Below are positions 22,790 to 24,000 of a DNA stretch of 24,000 nt, piece after piece (positions within the stretch are counted from its first letter, which is position 1; each line of letters opens with the position of its first letter). A program made the position numbers and the translations under genes. The notes beneath the pieces are model-generated. The model had not been told where the DNA came from. It ran no database searches and saw only the letters and a program-made list of their open reading frames with translations. The DNA is from Steroidobacteraceae bacterium (GTDB lineage Bacteria; Pseudomonadota; Gammaproteobacteria; Steroidobacterales; Steroidobacteraceae): positions 23,978 to 47,977 of the forward strand of contig DASUHA010000033.1 of NCBI GenBank assembly GCA_036273735.1. The letters are read 5' to 3'.

Positions 22790-23343
22790 GATTCAAGGCA
22801 CGAGCGCAGTTGCATCAGGCCTCGGCGGATCCAGCTCTTCATGGTTGGAAGCGGTACCTGACATCGCTCTGCCAACTGCTTGTACGTCGCTCCGGAGAAA
22901 AAGGCTTCACGCACCGAGCGCCGCTGCCTTGCTTCCAGCTGCTCCAGGCAGTTGGCCAAGCGGGCATAGTCCTGGCTCGACTCGACCTCCGTTGCCGGCT
23001 CCAGGCGCTCATCCGGCAACCGCTCGAGGTCGATCGGATCATCCAACACCCGCTCGCGCCGCTGCCGCAGCCGGTCAATCGCCTTGTTGCGCGTGAGTGC
23101 GATGAGCCAGGTGAGCGCCCCTGCACGCGCGGGCTCGAAACTCGCGGCGCGCTGCCAGACCGTGGTGAAGACCTCCTGCAGGACTTCTTCGGACTCTTCC
23201 CGTTCCCGCAGCATGCGCAAGCAAACGCCAAAGAGACGGGCGCAGGTCCGCCGGTAGAGCTCCGCGAAGGCTCGCCGATCCCGATCGGCCGTGCGCGCCA
23301 GAAGGTCTTCCAGGGTGTGGCGCATGCCGTCGGCTGCGGTCAT
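22786..23343 (-). CDS. ECF sigma-70 factor (SigK-like partner of the RskA-type anti-sigma)
   Basis: Region 2 (EEVLQEVFTTVWQRAASFEPARAGALTWLIALTRNKAIDRLR) and region 4 (RQRRSVREAFFSGATYKQLAERCQVPLPTMKSWIRRGLMQLR). ATG 23343 has GGAG 9 nt upstream. The track start 23364 is a TTG. Confidence 0.85.
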   Translation of the reverse strand: MTAADGMRHTLEDLLARTADRDRRAFAELYRRTCARLFGVCLRMLREREESEEVLQEVFTTVWQRAASFEPARAGALTWLIALTRNKAIDRLRQRRERVLDDPIDLERLPDERLEPATEVESSQDYARLANCLEQLEARQRRSVREAFFSGATYKQLAERCQVPLPTMKSWIRRGLMQLRSCLES

Positions 23344-23510
23344 CCGGAGATTCTCCGCTGGCAAATGCCCGGCGGCAACTTTTTACTTGGGGTGCGGGTC
23401 AAGGGCGCGGGGCGGCAAGACTGGGGTCGCAGGGATAAGTCGGCGAGGCTGCATCCAACTGCAGGTTGCATACGTACTGTGTGACGCCATCTCACCGTGG
23501 AGTCCCGCCC

Positions 23511-24000
23511 ATGAATCGCCCAGCTCAATTTGCGATTGCGTTAGCCGCCGCCTGTCTTCCACTGCTCAGTCTCGCCTCGAGCCACCGCGAGGCGCCCTTC
23601 ATAGCGGGGATGCCCAGAGCGGACGCCACCGATCTCTATCTCTTCAGGAGCTACGAGCCCGGCCGCAGCGCCTACGTGACCATCATAGCGAACTATATCC
23701 CGTTTCAGGATCCATCCGGAGGGCCCAACTTCTATCCGTTGGATAGTCATGCGGTGTATTCCATAAACATCGATACCGACGGCTCGGGGAGAGCAGACCT
23801 GGCGTACCGGTTCCGATTTCGGAACGTGCAGAGGAATCTTGCCGTCAATTCCGGCGGCATGCGCATTCCGGTTCCGCTCATCAACATCGGCGTCGTAGAC
23901 CAGAACGGCAAGAACGTCAATGTCGAGCAGACCTACACCGTAACGCTGGAGCGCAATGGGGTCCGACGACCGGTAGGTAATGCGACGTCCGGCGGGACGA
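23511..24000 (+). CDS. Secreted DUF4331-family protein, N-terminal 163 aa; the 3' end lies outside the window
   Basis: Not in the ORF track because there is no stop codon before the window end. Frame 3 from ATG 23511 reads MNRPAQFAIALAAACLPLLSLA-SSHREAPFIAGMPRADATDLYLFRSYEPGRSAYVTIIANYIPFQDPSGGPNFYPLDSHAVYSINIDTDGSG.... This is a signal peptide followed by the SSHREAP...D.TD.Y.F...NY.P...P.GGPNF...Y.I.ID signature of DUF4331. Confidence 0.8.
   Translation, partial: MNRPAQFAIALAAACLPLLSLASSHREAPFIAGMPRADATDLYLFRSYEPGRSAYVTIIANYIPFQDPSGGPNFYPLDSHAVYSINIDTDGSGRADLAYRFRFRNVQRNLAVNSGGMRIPVPLINIGVVDQNGKNVNVEQTYTVTLERNGVRRPVGNATSGGT

Noticed and set aside
22017-23484. Plus-strand ORFs 22017..22751 (244 aa) and 22810..23484 (224 aa), antisense to the anti-sigma and ECF sigma genes
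   Set aside because: The minus-strand frames carry clear sigma-70 region 2/4 and RskA-type motifs and are translationally coupled. The plus-strand products have no recognisable features.

Overview
This is a high-GC, gene-dense bacterial chromosomal segment. By gene content it is probably proteobacterial, but I cannot assign the taxon from sequence alone.

Layout from left to right:
1. Housekeeping genes: gltX (5' partial), cysS, folD (convergent with cysS) and tRNA-Pro(TGG).
2. An emrR-emrA-emrB type MarR/MFS multidrug efflux operon. It has a near-consensus sigma-70 promoter and a GCCTAGGCA motif present upstream of both emrR and emrA.
3. A five-gene minus-strand stressosome cluster: PAS-STAS RsbR, RsbS, RsbT, a fused GHKL-kinase/PP2C-phosphatase protein, and a soluble sensor-less hybrid histidine kinase. 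No sigma-B, RsbV or RsbW is present. This is the most interesting system in the window.
4. A SixA-like phosphohistidine phosphatase and a CYTH-CHAD protein directly upstream of that cluster, on the same strand.
5. A tRNA-Arg(TCT)/His(GTG)/Lys(CTT) cluster followed by a visibly lower-GC, decayed island. The island holds an integrase fragment abutting a DDE transposase fragment, an orphan lipoprotein, and Sel1-like ORFs that may be frameshifted.
6. A minus-strand run of a stand-alone ATP-dependent DNA ligase, a small Cys/His protein, an ECF sigma factor and a ChrR-type ZAS/cupin anti-sigma factor.
7. Stress-type genes: a YghA/YdaD-like SDR, a DUF190 protein, a small secreted protein and an OsmC-family protein.
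8. A second ECF sigma/RskA-like anti-sigma pair, divergent from a secreted DUF4331 protein that is 3' truncated by the window end.

No CRISPR array, rRNA gene or intact mobile element was seen. Many long Arg/Ala/Pro-rich ORFs in the track are antisense shadow ORFs typical of high-GC DNA, and I rejected them. All family assignments come from motif recognition by eye; no database search was run.
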